Positions 40,808 to 52,265 of a stretch of DNA of 64,000 nt are shown piece by piece. This stretch comes from Bdellovibrionota bacterium (lineage in GTDB: Bacteria; Bdellovibrionota_C; UBA2361; OMII01): contig JBBAUR010000003.1 in NCBI GenBank assembly GCA_040398075.1, positions 4,660 through 68,659 of the forward strand, given 5' to 3'. Numbering within the stretch: the stretch's first letter is position 1; each line of letters opens with the position of its first letter. The position numbers and the translations under genes are program-made. Below the pieces are notes generated by a model. It was given only the letters and a program-made list of their open reading frames with translations, had not been told where the DNA came from and searched no databases.

Positions 40808-41674
40808 ATGACCGATCCCTGCCTACCAGATAACGATTCCGATGCGGGCTACCGACGTGTTCAATGCCGTCCCTTTCTGAAATGGGCAGGCGGAAAAACT
40901 CAGCTACTTTCGCAACTCGTTCGACGAACACCTCAATCGTACAATCGCTATCTGGAGCCCTTTCTCGGCGGAGGAGCGCTCTTTTTCGCCCTGCAGCCTC
41001 GATTAGCCTACCTGGCCGATTGCAACGCGGAACTGATGAACTGTTTCGAGGTGGTCCAGTCAGAGGTTGAGCCCCTCATTAGAGAGCTGCAGAGATATCG
41101 GTATGACAAAGACCAATACTATGCGGTCAGAGCACTCGATCGTGAGGAAGCTTTTGACACCCTCTCTTCAGTAGCGCGCGCAGCCCGGTTTATCTTCCTC
41201 AACAAGACCTGCTTCAATGGTCTCTATCGGGTGAACTCAAAGGGGCATTTCAACGTTCCGTTCGGTTCGTACGATAACCCAACTATAGTTGATGCGGAGA
41301 ACCTCAGAGCCTGTAGTACAGCTCTGAATGCAGCAATCCTCAGAAAGCAGCCCTTTGAGGAGATAGTGAATGTTGCTCAGCCTGGAGATTTCGTTTACCT
41401 CGACCCGCCATATGCGCCTGTGAGTGACACTTCGGATTTCACCCAGTATTCAAAAGATGGTTTCGATGAATCTGCCCAAGAGATGCTTCTTCTCATCTGC
41501 CTCCAGCTACACCAGAAGGGTGTCCGTTGGATGGTTTCGAATTCGAATACCCCGCTTATTCAGGAACTTTACCGAGGCTTTAACATCGAACCAGTGGCAG
41601 CTGCTCGCTCGATTAACTCTCGAGCCGAAAAACGTGGTCCCATCTTGGAATTGATCATACGGAATTTCAGTTAG
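40808..41674 (+). CDS. dam: DNA adenine methyltransferase (Dam/D12 class N6-adenine MTase), orphan
   Basis: 'FLKWAGGKTQLL', 'LEPFLGGGALFF' and 'VYLDPPYAP' (DPPY motif IV). ATG at 40808 with AGGATGGAG RBS; the ORF track uses a TTG at 40787. No adjacent restriction endonuclease gene. Confidence 0.85.
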   Translation: MTDPCLPDNDSDAGYRRVQCRPFLKWAGGKTQLLSQLVRRTPQSYNRYLEPFLGGGALFFALQPRLAYLADCNAELMNCFEVVQSEVEPLIRELQRYRYDKDQYYAVRALDREEAFDTLSSVARAARFIFLNKTCFNGLYRVNSKGHFNVPFGSYDNPTIVDAENLRACSTALNAAILRKQPFEEIVNVAQPGDFVYLDPPYAPVSDTSDFTQYSKDGFDESAQEMLLLICLQLHQKGVRWMVSNSNTPLIQELYRGFNIEPVAAARSINSRAEKRGPILELIIRNFS

Positions 41675-41713
41675 GAAGGGGCGGTACACACGGATCTTAA
41701 GGGAGCGAGGTGA

Positions 41714-41789
41714 TGGTGGGCGCTGCAGGGATCGAACCTACGACATTCAGCTTGTAAGGCTGACGCTCTACCAACTGAGCTAAGCGCCC
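41714..41789 (-). tRNA. tRNA-Val (anticodon TAC), CCA encoded
   Basis: Reverse complement 'GGGCGCTTAGCTCAGTTGGTAGAGCGTCAGCCTTACAAGCTGAATGTCGTAGGTTCGATCCCTGCAGCGCCCACCA' folds as a cloverleaf with anticodon loop CTTACAA. Confidence 0.85.
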
Positions 41790-42001
41790 GGAAGGGCTCG
41801 AGAACTATGATAGCACTCGACAAAGTTGAGGAAGGTTATCGGGTCCGCGCCAGAAAGTCAACTGGCGCCCCCTACCACAACCCGCAGTAGCCTGCGATCT
41901 GTTACGCTGCAGGGTTCCCATCCAGGAGGGACTTTCCAAGCCATAGAACACCCCTGGGGTATCCTTCCTTCCCGAGGGCTGCCTGGATTACCCGGCCCGT
42001 G

Positions 42002-43966
42002 CTAGTCCATCTTCCATGAGACCGCAGCAATTCGCGCCTCGAACCTATCGCCATCTGAGCTCTTCACCAAGATGCAGTTAAACGGAGCATCCTCCTTCCT
42101 GCTTACTCGGTGCCACTGCAATCCTGCCTTGCTTCCTGGCGGCACAATGAGACCATCGAAAGTACTCCTCAATTGAACTACCCCTTTAGGCTCATCACAG
42201 AGAGCGAAGGAAACTAAGATCGGGGCTTTGAAGTCGAGCCTCAGATCTACTCCGCGCGCTACATGCATTTTATCGAACGTCACGAGCACCCCACGCTCCG
42301 GAATAACGACAGGATTGAAGGGTTCGTCCTGCGAACCAGGTGATACCTTCTCAAATGTATTGACCGGAACAACCACAGGATTCTGCTCGTAGGCACGGAG
42401 CAAATGGTCAAATGAACCAGTTGAGAACTGCCACACTGCTACGAGTCTCGATATACTGAATAGGTTACCCCGTACGATCTGCAGATATCTTTTATAGAAC
42501 TCGTTCAGATGCGGGTCTACCATCCTTGGTTGCCCCGCCTTTACAGATTCCAGGTATCCTAATGGAACGTCTCTTAAGAGGTGGCCAGGTCTAAAACTAG
42601 AGCGATTCCTAGCCTTCAGTCGAGAGAGAAAGCCATCAGTAAGTCCATGAGCATCGACGAGTACGACATTGTGGCCTGAACTATATCCAGCAAAACCGGG
42701 AAAATCGTTCCTTTTAACTGCTATTCCTGGTGCACCCCACGTTGAAATGGTGATTGGCGTTAAGGCGCGATCCTGTGTCCAAACTTGAAGAGAGTGCTTA
42801 CGAGACCAAAAACGTCTTTCGTCAGCGATTCCAGTCAACCGTATCTGACTATGCGGTAGTATGTCGCATTGAGAGAAGGGAGGACAATCTCCTATCCTGG
42901 ACAGAAGGACACACGAGAGCGCAATAATAGCGCAGCTTGCCGCAGACAATTGTGGAAGGATACCAAAAGCGAGGATACTCGTAGCAATAGCAAGCTCTCC
43001 GAGAAAGAAGCGCCCCATCATGAAGTCACCGCCTATAAAGATGACATACATCATATGTAGAAGCGCCCCCAGTGCGAGGGCACGAGTTTTACCACCGAGG
43101 CTCGTGAGACCGATAAGGACTCCACTCAAAATAGTGAATGCAGTCACCGGATCATGAGAAACAGTATCAATTCCGTAAATTACTCCCTGCCGAACAACGG
43201 TGGTCAGCGGAATATCGTGATTCAACTTCGAAATAGCTGGACTCGGAATGCTCGTTCCGTAATAAAATGTAGTGAACAAGAGCCACATAATCAGTGGTGA
43301 CACTGCGAGCACCAGATTTTTAATCTGGTGACGAATCTCGGCGCGATGGTCAAATATCAACCATGCACAGAGAGGCATGCAGTACAAAGCTGCGTCGAAT
43401 CGTGTCAGTACCACCATTGATGCCCACATGGCGATCGTCGGCAGCTGTTTTCGAAGCATCACTGCTCGAGCAAATCCTACCAAGGTAAACAACAGAAGCG
43501 GAGTCTCAAGACCGCTCGACTGGAAGTCGACAAATGTTCTGCTCGTGAAAAGGATGCTAGCTGGGATGAACACCAACCAGCCTTTCGGTGACAGCCCTTG
43601 GTAAAACAGGACTATCAATGCGCACCCAAAAAAGACATCCAGGAGAAAAAGAACCAAAAAGGAGTCCGCTGTCAGCAGATGTCCTAGCGCGACCAGGATC
43701 ATCCACAGCGCACTTGAGTAGGACTGTACTCGCTCGTTTATATTGAATCTGAGCCCGTTGCCCTCTGAAAAGTGGAGTGCTGTGCGCAGGTACATAAAGG
43801 CGTCATCAGACACCCAGAAGTTGCGGAGCAAGGCAAAGAAAATCCACGCAAAAAGGGCGTACAAAGCTATGCGGTTGGATATCCCGCTACCGGCACCATG
43901 CGTGGCGAACGGAGCAGGCGAAGGCTCGCCGCGAGGAGCGTCTGGATTTGGACTGCGCGTCAGCAT
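42002..43966 (-). CDS. Large polytopic membrane protein with C-terminal soluble domain (GT-C-like glycosyltransferase candidate)
   Basis: 654 aa. N-terminal motif 'WVSDDAFMYLRTALHFSEGNG' and 10 or more TM helices, then a periplasmic or soluble C-terminal domain. Confidence 0.45.
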   Translation of the reverse strand: MLTRSPNPDAPRGEPSPAPFATHGAGSGISNRIALYALFAWIFFALLRNFWVSDDAFMYLRTALHFSEGNGLRFNINERVQSYSSALWMILVALGHLLTADSFLVLFLLDVFFGCALIVLFYQGLSPKGWLVFIPASILFTSRTFVDFQSSGLETPLLLFTLVGFARAVMLRKQLPTIAMWASMVVLTRFDAALYCMPLCAWLIFDHRAEIRHQIKNLVLAVSPLIMWLLFTTFYYGTSIPSPAISKLNHDIPLTTVVRQGVIYGIDTVSHDPVTAFTILSGVLIGLTSLGGKTRALALGALLHMMYVIFIGGDFMMGRFFLGELAIATSILAFGILPQLSAASCAIIALSCVLLSRIGDCPPFSQCDILPHSQIRLTGIADERRFWSRKHSLQVWTQDRALTPITISTWGAPGIAVKRNDFPGFAGYSSGHNVVLVDAHGLTDGFLSRLKARNRSSFRPGHLLRDVPLGYLESVKAGQPRMVDPHLNEFYKRYLQIVRGNLFSISRLVAVWQFSTGSFDHLLRAYEQNPVVVPVNTFEKVSPGSQDEPFNPVVIPERGVLVTFDKMHVARGVDLRLDFKAPILVSFALCDEPKGVVQLRSTFDGLIVPPGSKAGLQWHRVSRKEDAPFNCILVKSSDGDRFEARIAAVSWKMD

Positions 43967-44090
43967 GTCGAGAGCCTTTTTGAATTACCCCACTCCCATG
44001 TGCAAAGCCTAGCCTGATGATCTAGACTATTCAACTGCCCAATAGCAGATGCTTTAGGCGGCCGAGACCACAACCATCGACACCACTCCT

Positions 44091-45341
44091 TCAGTTTTCG
44101 ATTGAATGCCTCCGGGCAAGATGGACAATCACCTCGACTGCTTTCGTCAGAGCGGATAGCGCAATCCACTCCTTTCGAGAATGAAAGAGCATACCGCCCG
44201 CAAAGATATTCGGAGTCGGATATCCCATCGCACACAGCCGACTACCATCTGTACCCCCACGTATAGCCTTAAGGTGCACGCGTATACCTGAATCCTCGAT
44301 GGCATGCTTCGCCCTCGCTACGACTTCAGGATATCGTTCCAGCACCGCTTTCATATTCTCGTACTGATGAACGTGCGATACCTCTATACGCAAACCGGGG
44401 CTTTGTCTTTCGAGCTGCAGCGTGATCTCGCGCACCTTCTGGAGCCGTTCGAGGTTGCGTGCATGAACAAAGTCTCGAATAAGGAGTCGAACAGTTGCAC
44501 GCTCATTAGACCCGGAGATTTCGCTTACATGGAAAAATCCATCCCGATTACTTGTCGTCTCCGGCCGCTCGTTGGGCGGCAGGGCTTGCACAAAGCTACT
44601 AGCAGCTAGTATCGCGTTTATCATCTTCCCGAAGGCATATCCCGGATGCACGCCACTTCCATGGAATTCAATAGTTACCCCAATTGCATCAAAACACTCC
44701 GTTTCCAATTCCCCCGGATATCCACCGTCCATCGTATAGAGATGTGCTGGTAAGCGGCTGGTGTCGATGCCATCTACACCTCTGCCGACCTCCTCGTCCG
44801 ACGTGAAACAGATTTCGATCCGTCCGTGTACCAACTGAGGGAACCGGGTGAAAACCGCCAATGCAGTCATTATCTCTGCAACTCCTGCCTTGTCATCAGC
44901 ACCGAGCAATGTTGCTCCAGAGGCGGTAACGATCGTATCTCCAATAAAGTCTGCAAGTTGAGGGCAGTCGTTTGTAGAGAGAATCAAGGAAGGATCATCT
45001 GGAAATGTAAGAACGCCTCCGTCGTAGCGCTCTCGCAGGAGAGGCCTAACGCCCTCCCCTAGCTGATCAGGTGACGTATCAACATGCGCCATCAAACCAA
45101 AAGGTATGAATTCCTCCATCCCACGGAGAGTCGCATACACAAATCCATGTGGAGAGTGTTCTACATTTTCCAGTCCAAGTTCGCCCAACTCGGTAGCGAG
45201 CAATCCGAGCAACTCGTGCTGTCGAGCAGAGCTAGGTTTCGAAGTCGCTGTTGGATCAGATGTAGTGGCTATCTGTGTGTACCGGATAAAGCGCGAAAGC
45301 ACTTCTTTTTTGATAAATTCGGTTACATCGTGCTGTAGCAT
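44091..45341 (-). CDS. pepT: Peptidase T (tripeptide aminopeptidase, M20B)
   Basis: 'FIRYTQIATTSD', 'GLMAHVDT' and 'GADDKAG' are M20 metal-binding motifs; 416 aa. Confidence 0.85.
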   Translation of the reverse strand: MLQHDVTEFIKKEVLSRFIRYTQIATTSDPTATSKPSSARQHELLGLLATELGELGLENVEHSPHGFVYATLRGMEEFIPFGLMAHVDTSPDQLGEGVRPLLRERYDGGVLTFPDDPSLILSTNDCPQLADFIGDTIVTASGATLLGADDKAGVAEIMTALAVFTRFPQLVHGRIEICFTSDEEVGRGVDGIDTSRLPAHLYTMDGGYPGELETECFDAIGVTIEFHGSGVHPGYAFGKMINAILAASSFVQALPPNERPETTSNRDGFFHVSEISGSNERATVRLLIRDFVHARNLERLQKVREITLQLERQSPGLRIEVSHVHQYENMKAVLERYPEVVARAKHAIEDSGIRVHLKAIRGGTDGSRLCAMGYPTPNIFAGGMLFHSRKEWIALSALTKAVEVIVHLARRHSIEN

Positions 45342-45485
45342 GAGAATGGTCTCTCCAAGCCAATTTATTCTACTTCAACGCCCAAAGTTCAATGAGCTCT
45401 ACGCTGGCTGCTTCCTCATATTTCCGTACTGTTCCACTCTCCGTGGCAGACTCGCTGCTACTTCCCAGCTGAATAGTGGTCGACT

Positions 45486-45533
45486 GTAAATAAAAGGCCG
45501 AGCCCCTCTTCTGGAAAAAGAAGGGGCTCGGCC
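45486..45533 (-). terminator. Rho-independent terminator of lon
   Basis: On the minus strand 'ggccgagcccc...ggggctcggcc' forms a 12-bp stem followed by UUUUAUUU, 25 nt after the lon stop. Confidence 0.7.
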
Positions 45534-45558
45534 GTTTCGTAGAACCCGGAGAATCGTT

Positions 45559-48021
45559 TTAGTGAGCTACGATACCAGCAGGGGAACCCTTCTCATCCCG
45601 TTGCTCACCATCACCCTTTTCCTCCTTCTTCTTCTCATCGGCGTAAAGAAGCTCATCACGAACCCCCTTATTTTCGAGCATAGAGTAGAAGTCTTGGGGC
45701 TTACGGCACTGCAGAGCTTCAAAAAGAACCTCGTCTACATGTGACACCGGGATCAGCTCTAGCTCGTTTCGAACGGTTGCTGGAATCTCCTCGATGTCGT
45801 TCTCGTTCTCCTTGGGTAACATGACTCGGCGAATCCCACCGCGATGAGCTGCAAGAGCTTTCTCTTTCAGGCCACCGATCGGGAGCACGTTCCCACGCAA
45901 GGTGATCTCACCCGTCATCGCGATGTTCCTGTCGATGGGTATCCCGGTAAGTGCTGACACCATCGAGGTGGCCATGGTTATACCTGCAGACGGACCATCC
46001 TTGGGTATCGCCCCCTCTGGGACGTGCACGTGTAGGTCGACCTTATCGTAGAAGTAGCGCGGCAAGCCGAGGATCGCAGCTCGCGAGCGCACATAACTCA
46101 ACGCAGCCTTAGCCGACTCCTGCATCACATCGCCAAGCTTACCAGTAATCTGCAGACGGCCGCGCCCAGGCAGAACGGTTGTCTCAATGACAAGCAGCTC
46201 TCCCCCTTTGTCAGTCCATGCGAGTCCCGTTGCCAAGCCGACCTGATCAAGGTCCTCGGACTTACCGTAGCGGAATTTCGGCTGCCCAAGAAATCGCGGC
46301 AGATTGGCCTTGGTGATATGAACGATCGTCTCAGGACCCTTCTCAACCACTTCGATAGCAGCCTTTCGTGCGAGCGTAGCAATCATACGCTCGAGATTAC
46401 GAACTCCGGCCTCTCTCGTGTAGCGATTGATGATCTCAGAGTAGACTTCATCTTCCACAACCACATTCTCAGCCTTCAGGCCATTTTCACTGACCTGCTT
46501 GTCCAAGAGGTATTTCTTACAGATCGCTATCTTCTCGAGCTCTGTGTAGCCCGAGAGACGGATTATCTCCATGCGATCCATGAGCGGCTGCGGGATGGTA
46601 TGTAGCGAGTTCGCCGTGGTTATGAACATCACCTTCGACAGATCGTAATCACAATCGAGGTAGTGATCATTGAAGGAGTCGTTCTGCTCTGGATCCAGAA
46701 CCTCTAGCAGGGCCGAGGAAGGGTCTCCACGGAAATCCGTGGACATCTTGTCGACCTCATCCAGCAGGAATACCGGATTGCTGGTGCTGGCCTTCTTCAG
46801 AGATTGAATAATCTTACCCGGCAGAGCCCCGATATATGTCCTTCTATGACCCCGTATTTCGGCTTCGTCTCTAACTCCACCGAGCGCTACACGCACGAAC
46901 TTTCTGCCCGTAGACTTGGCGATAGACTTACCCAAAGAGGTTTTACCCACTCCTGGAGGCCCCACGAGGCACAGTATGGGGCCGCGCATCTTGCCAACGA
47001 GCTTTTGGACGGCAAGATACTCTAGGATACGCTCCTTGACCTTCTCGAGCCCGTAATGATCCTCATCCAGTACCTCACGGGCATTCTCCATGTCGATCTC
47101 TTCCTTAGAGACCTCATTCCAGGGAAGCGCAAGCATCCAATCGACGTAATTGCGCACTACCGTGGCCTCGGCAGACATCGGCGACATCATCTTAAGCTTG
47201 CGGATCTCTTTCTCCGTCTTCTCCTTGGCCTCTTCGGGCATATCCTTAGCTTTGAATTTGTCCTCGAGCTCCTGTATCTCATTACGGAAGTCGTCTTTCT
47301 CGCCGAGCTCCTTCTGAATCGCGCGCATCTGCTCGTTGAGATAATACTCCTTCTGAGTCTTCTCCATCTGCTTCTTGACTCGGCTGCGAATCCTCTTTTC
47401 CACTTGGAGGATCTCGATCTCAGACTTCATGTGTCCAAGGATCTTCTCGAGTCGCTCCTGAGGCTCTATCGTCTCTAGGATCTCTTGTTTGTCTTCGAGC
47501 TTGATGTTGAGCTGAACAACCACGGCATCCGCCAAACGGGACGGATCTTCAATGGCATTGACCTGCATGATCATCTCGGGATTGACCTTTTTGCCAAGCT
47601 TAACGTAGTTCTCGAAGGTCACATTGACCGAGCGCATGAGAGCTTTGAGCTCAGTAGAGATCTCGATCGGTGAAAGGATCTCCTCGATGTCGACCATCAT
47701 GAAGTCGTCTTCGCGCACGAAGCGCTTGATGCGTGCACGAGCCTTTCCTTCCACGAGGACCTTTATCGGACCATCAGCCAGTCGGATGAGCTGGACTACC
47801 TCTCCGAGTGTGCCAATCGTGTAGATATCTTTCGGCCCTGGGTTGCTGGTCCTAGCATCCTTCTGCGCTGCCAGGAGGATGTATTTGTTTTCTCGCTGCG
47901 ATTCCTCAATGGCACGAACGCTCTTTTCACGTCCTACGAAAAGGGGCACCACCTGTTGAGGGAAAACCACGAGTTCGCGAAGGGGCAGAAGCGGGATCGG
48001 ATTGTTGTTGGATGATTTCAT
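45559..48021 (-). CDS. lon: ATP-dependent protease Lon (LonA)
   Basis: 820 aa with the LON N-domain, AAA+ '[15 protein letters not shown]', 'FLLDEVDKM' and the protease domain '[14 protein letters not shown]' containing the catalytic Ser. Confidence 0.95.
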   Translation of the reverse strand: MKSSNNNPIPLLPLRELVVFPQQVVPLFVGREKSVRAIEESQRENKYILLAAQKDARTSNPGPKDIYTIGTLGEVVQLIRLADGPIKVLVEGKARARIKRFVREDDFMMVDIEEILSPIEISTELKALMRSVNVTFENYVKLGKKVNPEMIMQVNAIEDPSRLADAVVVQLNIKLEDKQEILETIEPQERLEKILGHMKSEIEILQVEKRIRSRVKKQMEKTQKEYYLNEQMRAIQKELGEKDDFRNEIQELEDKFKAKDMPEEAKEKTEKEIRKLKMMSPMSAEATVVRNYVDWMLALPWNEVSKEEIDMENAREVLDEDHYGLEKVKERILEYLAVQKLVGKMRGPILCLVGPPGVGKTSLGKSIAKSTGRKFVRVALGGVRDEAEIRGHRRTYIGALPGKIIQSLKKASTSNPVFLLDEVDKMSTDFRGDPSSALLEVLDPEQNDSFNDHYLDCDYDLSKVMFITTANSLHTIPQPLMDRMEIIRLSGYTELEKIAICKKYLLDKQVSENGLKAENVVVEDEVYSEIINRYTREAGVRNLERMIATLARKAAIEVVEKGPETIVHITKANLPRFLGQPKFRYGKSEDLDQVGLATGLAWTDKGGELLVIETTVLPGRGRLQITGKLGDVMQESAKAALSYVRSRAAILGLPRYFYDKVDLHVHVPEGAIPKDGPSAGITMATSMVSALTGIPIDRNIAMTGEITLRGNVLPIGGLKEKALAAHRGGIRRVMLPKENENDIEEIPATVRNELELIPVSHVDEVLFEALQCRKPQDFYSMLENKGVRDELLYADEKKKEEKGDGEQRDEKGSPAGIVAH

Positions 48022-48295
48022 CGTTTACTCAAACATCTAAGGCAACTAGTTCAACCTTTGTTTGTCCGCTGCGGATATTGAGAGACTTAAAATCCCCCGC
48101 GACCCAAGCTGACAGCGCAACCAAGTTATTTCGACTACTTAAGAGAGGCACCTAACACGACGCAAGGTACCGCGCCTATTCGTATGATGCTAATAGACGC
48201 CCAGAAAAATCACAATATTACAACCGAACGCATTAATGCATTAAATAAGTTTAAAATTAGATTTCACAACCACCGTCCACAAAGGCGGCTCATCC

Positions 48296-49555
48296 CTATG
48301 CGGACTCAGCATGCTGGTATACTACCAGGGGCTTCTCGCCTTTTACGATCGTATCCTCAGAGACGATCACTTCTTTGATATCAGGCTCAGAGGGGACGTC
48401 GTACATCGCCTCGAGCATCACAGCCTCAAGGATAGCTCTAAGCCCTCGAGCACCGGCTTTTCTTTCGATCGCTTGCTTAGCCACAGCAGAGAGTGCCCCT
48501 TCGGTGAATCTGAGCTGCACATTTTCCATGTCGAAGAGTTTCTTGTACTGCTTGGTCAGGGCATTCTTCGGCTCAACGAGGATCTTAACCAATGCCCCTT
48601 CATCGAGATCGTCGAGCACTGCTATCATGGGGAGTCGCCCGATGAACTCAGGTATGAGGCCAAACTTCAGAAGGTCCTCAGGCTGAACCAGACTCAGGAG
48701 CGATCGCTTCTCATCTGGTTTGGGCAACTTCGATCCCCTCTGATGAGCGCCGAACCCGAGCTTCTTCTCTCCAACCCGCCGGCGGATGATATCCTCCAAG
48801 CCCACAAAGGCCCCGCCACATATGAAGAGGATGTTGCTCGTATCGACTTGCAGAAATTCCTGCTGGGGATGCTTGCGACCTCCTTTGGGTGGTACGCTAG
48901 CAACCGTTCCCTCGAGCATCTTGAGCAACGCCTGCTGTACTCCCTCTCCCGAAACATCTCGGGTTATCGATGGGTTCTCGGCCTTTCTCGAGATCTTGTC
49001 GATCTCGTCAATGTAGACGATACCCCGTTGGGCTTTCTCGACATCATAGTCAGCGTTCTGCAAAAGATTGAGGATGATGTTTTCGACATCCTCCCCGACG
49101 TAGCCAGCCTCAGTGAGCGTCGTCGCATCAGTTATCGTAAACGGAACCTGCAAAATCCGCGCGAGAGTCTGCGCTAGCAACGTCTTTCCGGTACCAGTCG
49201 GTCCGATCAAAAGGATGTTAGATTTGGCGATTTCGACATCACCCGCCGTAGTTTTGGCCTCCAGACGCTTGTAGTGGTTGTGGACGGCTACTGAAAGCAC
49301 TTTCTTCGCCATCTCCTGTCCCACCACGTACTGGTCCAGGTAACTTTTGATATCTCTCGGCTTGGGCACCCGAGATTGGGTAGCCGTTACGGACTCTGTG
49401 TCTACCTCTTCCGATATTATGTCATTGCAAAGGTCGATACACTCATCGCAGATATAGACGGAGGGCCCTGCTATCAGCTTCCTAACCTCGTCTTGCGAGC
49501 GATTACAGAACGAGCACACCAACGAGTGTCGATTCTTGTCACCGGACTTGCTCAC
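48296..49555 (-). CDS. clpX: ClpX (paralog 2, canonical tig-clpP-clpX-lon context)
   Basis: Zn-finger '[11 protein letters not shown]...CDEC', '[11 protein letters not shown]' and '[10 protein letters not shown]'. Confidence 0.95.
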   Translation of the reverse strand: MSKSGDKNRHSLVCSFCNRSQDEVRKLIAGPSVYICDECIDLCNDIISEEVDTESVTATQSRVPKPRDIKSYLDQYVVGQEMAKKVLSVAVHNHYKRLEAKTTAGDVEIAKSNILLIGPTGTGKTLLAQTLARILQVPFTITDATTLTEAGYVGEDVENIILNLLQNADYDVEKAQRGIVYIDEIDKISRKAENPSITRDVSGEGVQQALLKMLEGTVASVPPKGGRKHPQQEFLQVDTSNILFICGGAFVGLEDIIRRRVGEKKLGFGAHQRGSKLPKPDEKRSLLSLVQPEDLLKFGLIPEFIGRLPMIAVLDDLDEGALVKILVEPKNALTKQYKKLFDMENVQLRFTEGALSAVAKQAIERKAGARGLRAILEAVMLEAMYDVPSEPDIKEVIVSEDTIVKGEKPLVVYQHAESA

Positions 49556-49576
49556 GGCGCCCTCCCCAAACCGAAT

Positions 49577-50179
49577 TTAGTCTTTCTTGGCTTCTACGAC
49601 CCTTCGCTCGAAGACATCGTCGATCAGACCGTACTCCTTGGCCTGCATCGATGTCATGAAAAAGTCCCTGTCGCTGTCTTCCTCTATCTGCTTGAGAGGC
49701 TTACCCGTGTGGTGAGTCAAAATTTGATTGAGCTCCTGCTTGATCCGCAACATCTCACGGGCGTGGATCTCGACATCAGATGCTTGCCCACTGAAACCTC
49801 CCAGGGGTTGATGAATCATGATCCTGGAATGTGGGAGCGCTGCTCGTTTGCCTTTTTTGCCACCAGCAAGTAACACAGCCCCCATGCTTGCGGCCTGCCC
49901 TACGCAAACAGTGCAGATGTCGGGCCGGACGTACTGCATGGTGTCGTAGATTGCCATACCGGCCGTGACGGACCCACCTGGGCTATTGATGTAGAGGTAG
50001 ATATCCTTTTCTGGATCATCGCTTTCGAGAAAAAGAAGCTGCGCGATAATAACGTTGGCTACCATATCGTTTACCTCGGTGCCGAGAAAAACGATGCGCT
50101 CCTTCAATAGCCGGGAATAGATGTCGTACGAGCGCTCGCCACGACCAGTTTGCTCGATAACGTACGGAACATAATTCAT
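49577..50179 (-). CDS. clpP: ATP-dependent Clp protease proteolytic subunit ClpP
   Basis: '[19 protein letters not shown]', '[13 protein letters not shown]' (catalytic Ser) and 'RIMIHQP' (catalytic His). Confidence 0.95.
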   Translation of the reverse strand: MNYVPYVIEQTGRGERSYDIYSRLLKERIVFLGTEVNDMVANVIIAQLLFLESDDPEKDIYLYINSPGGSVTAGMAIYDTMQYVRPDICTVCVGQAASMGAVLLAGGKKGKRAALPHSRIMIHQPLGGFSGQASDVEIHAREMLRIKQELNQILTHHTGKPLKQIEEDSDRDFFMTSMQAKEYGLIDDVFERRVVEAKKD

Positions 50180-50368
50180 CTAGAGAACCCCTAAGTAACA
50201 CACACCTCAAACAGGTGCCCAACAAAGCACGTACGAGAAGACTAGTCCATTCGGCTCCACTACGAAACAGACTTCAAACGCGTCTGACACCATATCCTCC
50301 CTAGCGAACAACTTCCGACTAGGAAGGACCTCATCGATACCACTCCACCAAACAGCGAAGCCGAAAAG

Positions 50369-51673
50369 CTATGCCGCTGCCTGTGCAGAATCATCCCCCA
50401 GAGTGAACTCGACCGTCGTGTTCGCCATCAACTGATCGAGTATCTTGGTTCTACGAACCTCCAGTAAAAATGAGAAAATGCGCGATTTATCCAGAACCGC
50501 CTTACGAGTTTCTTCGATGGTCGAACCGTTTTGCTCGGCTAACCGCTCTACCATCTGATCTCGGTCGGCTTCCTCAACAGATATCTTCTCTGCCGCTCCT
50601 ATGCGATCGATAATTATCGCACACCGGATGCGATTCAAAGCAAATTCTTCGAATTGCGGTCGGTAAAGATTTACATCAATGGATTCAGGCTTGGCCTCCC
50701 TTCTTGCAAATCCGTAGCGAGCTACGAGGCCCCGGATCTCATCGTCCACCATCGCTGACGGAACCTTGAAGGGGTTCTCGCTGACGAGGAGGTCGAGCAA
50801 TGCACCTTGAGTTTCTGATTTCAAATCAGCCTCGGCCTGCTTGGTCAGCTGCTCTTTGACCTTCGATTTGAGCGCCTCGACGGACTCAACGTCCAGACCA
50901 AGACCCTTCACAAAGGCATCGTCTAAAACCGGGAGATTCTTAGTGAACAACCCGTGTAATACGACCCTGTACGTAACGTTCTTACCACGTAGCTCAGGGT
51001 TCGGATGATCCTCTCCCGCTGTTATCGCTATCTCCTTGGTTTCTCCCGAGACCATCCCCACGACCTGATCCTCAGCCGACAGGTACAACTTTCCCGATCC
51101 TAGAACATCAACAAAAGGCTCACCGCGGGAGAACTCACCATCCTCCACTTTGACCTCTACAGCCATAGCAACGACATCGCCTTTTTGAGCCTGCTTACGA
51201 TCTTCGATCGGCTTCATCTCAGCTTTCGATTCCAGCAACCTCTCGAGAGACTGTTCGACATCTTTCTCGGTCACCTCTTTTTTCATCACCTTCACCGTCC
51301 GATTGAAGTAGTTTGCGATGGTCGGGGTCGGATACGTCGAAACGGTTGCGGAGAAGTCAAATGGCTTGGAGATGTCGAACTCCTTAAAATCGATATCTGG
51401 ATTACCTACCACATCGAGCTTATGCTGATCGTAAGCTCCTTTGAGAGCATCACTCATCAACCGATTCACAACATCAAACCGGACCCGATCTCCCATTTGC
51501 CGCTCGATGATATTTCGAGGTACCTTGCCGGGGCGGAAGCCCTTTATTTTGGCGGTTCGAGCTACTGCTGTCAGGGAAGCTTCATACTCCTTGGAAACCA
51601 TCTCTGACGGCACCTGAATCGAAAGGCGCTTAGTAATCTCGTCGATATCCTCAACTGAACTCTGAAAACTCAT
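50369..51673 (-). CDS. tig: Trigger factor
   Basis: N-terminal ribosome-binding 'GFRPGKVP' motif, a PPIase domain and a C-terminal domain; 434 aa. Confidence 0.9.
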   Translation of the reverse strand: MSFQSSVEDIDEITKRLSIQVPSEMVSKEYEASLTAVARTAKIKGFRPGKVPRNIIERQMGDRVRFDVVNRLMSDALKGAYDQHKLDVVGNPDIDFKEFDISKPFDFSATVSTYPTPTIANYFNRTVKVMKKEVTEKDVEQSLERLLESKAEMKPIEDRKQAQKGDVVAMAVEVKVEDGEFSRGEPFVDVLGSGKLYLSAEDQVVGMVSGETKEIAITAGEDHPNPELRGKNVTYRVVLHGLFTKNLPVLDDAFVKGLGLDVESVEALKSKVKEQLTKQAEADLKSETQGALLDLLVSENPFKVPSAMVDDEIRGLVARYGFARREAKPESIDVNLYRPQFEEFALNRIRCAIIIDRIGAAEKISVEEADRDQMVERLAEQNGSTIEETRKAVLDKSRIFSFLLEVRRTKILDQLMANTTVEFTLGDDSAQAAA

Positions 51674-52178
51674 GCTTTCTCCGCTGGTTAGTATAGACTG
51701 CCAACCCCGCGAGTCCCCTGGGCAAGCGAGGCAAACCCCTTCCCTGCTGCGAAAGCGGATCTTGGGTTGATCTTCGATTTTCCCTCACAGGGAAAAATCC
51801 TCGACGTATCGCATTAGTCTGCCGTCCCTTGTGCCCTTTAGAAGGCCGAAGGCCCACCTTAAACCTTTGAGACAACAGTGCTTATTGCAAGGCAGCGCTT
51901 CATTATATATGCTCTGAGCGGTTTTATAAAGTCGAGCCGTGCGGAAAACTTGGTGAAATGTTACCTCGTTCAAAGCGCCCTGAGGTTTTTGAGTTCAAAG
52001 ACAAATATATCGACTAACCAATTGAAGACACCAAGTAAATCCGGGGTGGTGCACACGCTGAATTTGCGCTGATGCACCTCGCGGGCGCCTGTGGAACCCA
52101 CGAGCGGCAGGGTGCTGAAGCAGGTAGCGCCAGGGCAGGCTGCAGGGTAGATTCTTTTGGTTTACGTTGTTTTCCCAC

Positions 52179-52260
52179 GCGGGGGTGGTGGAATTGGCAG
52201 ACACGCCAGACTTAGGATCTGGTGCCGAAAGGTTTGGGGGTTCAAGTCCCCCCTCCCGCA
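52179..52260 (+). tRNA. tRNA-Leu (anticodon TAG), no encoded CCA
   Basis: 'GCGGGGGTGGTGGAATTGGCAGAC...CCAGACTTAGGATCTGG...TGGGGGTTCAAGTCCCCCCTCCCGCA' has a long variable arm and a Leu-type D-loop. Confidence 0.85.
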
Positions 52261-52265
52261 CTCTT

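Noticed and set aside
41915-41945. RNase P RNA-like 'ggaaagtccctcc' (minus strand)
   Set aside because: The surrounding sequence does not match P4/CR-I-type conserved regions.
48022-48295. AT-rich block with 10-bp palindrome 'gcattaatgc' upstream of lon
   Set aside because: It does not match CIRCE or a sigma32 consensus. Probably just the lon promoter region; too weak to call.
52167-52265. ORF-track start of the 52167..53252 CDS
   Set aside because: Runs through the tRNA-Leu gene; the real start must be after the tRNA.
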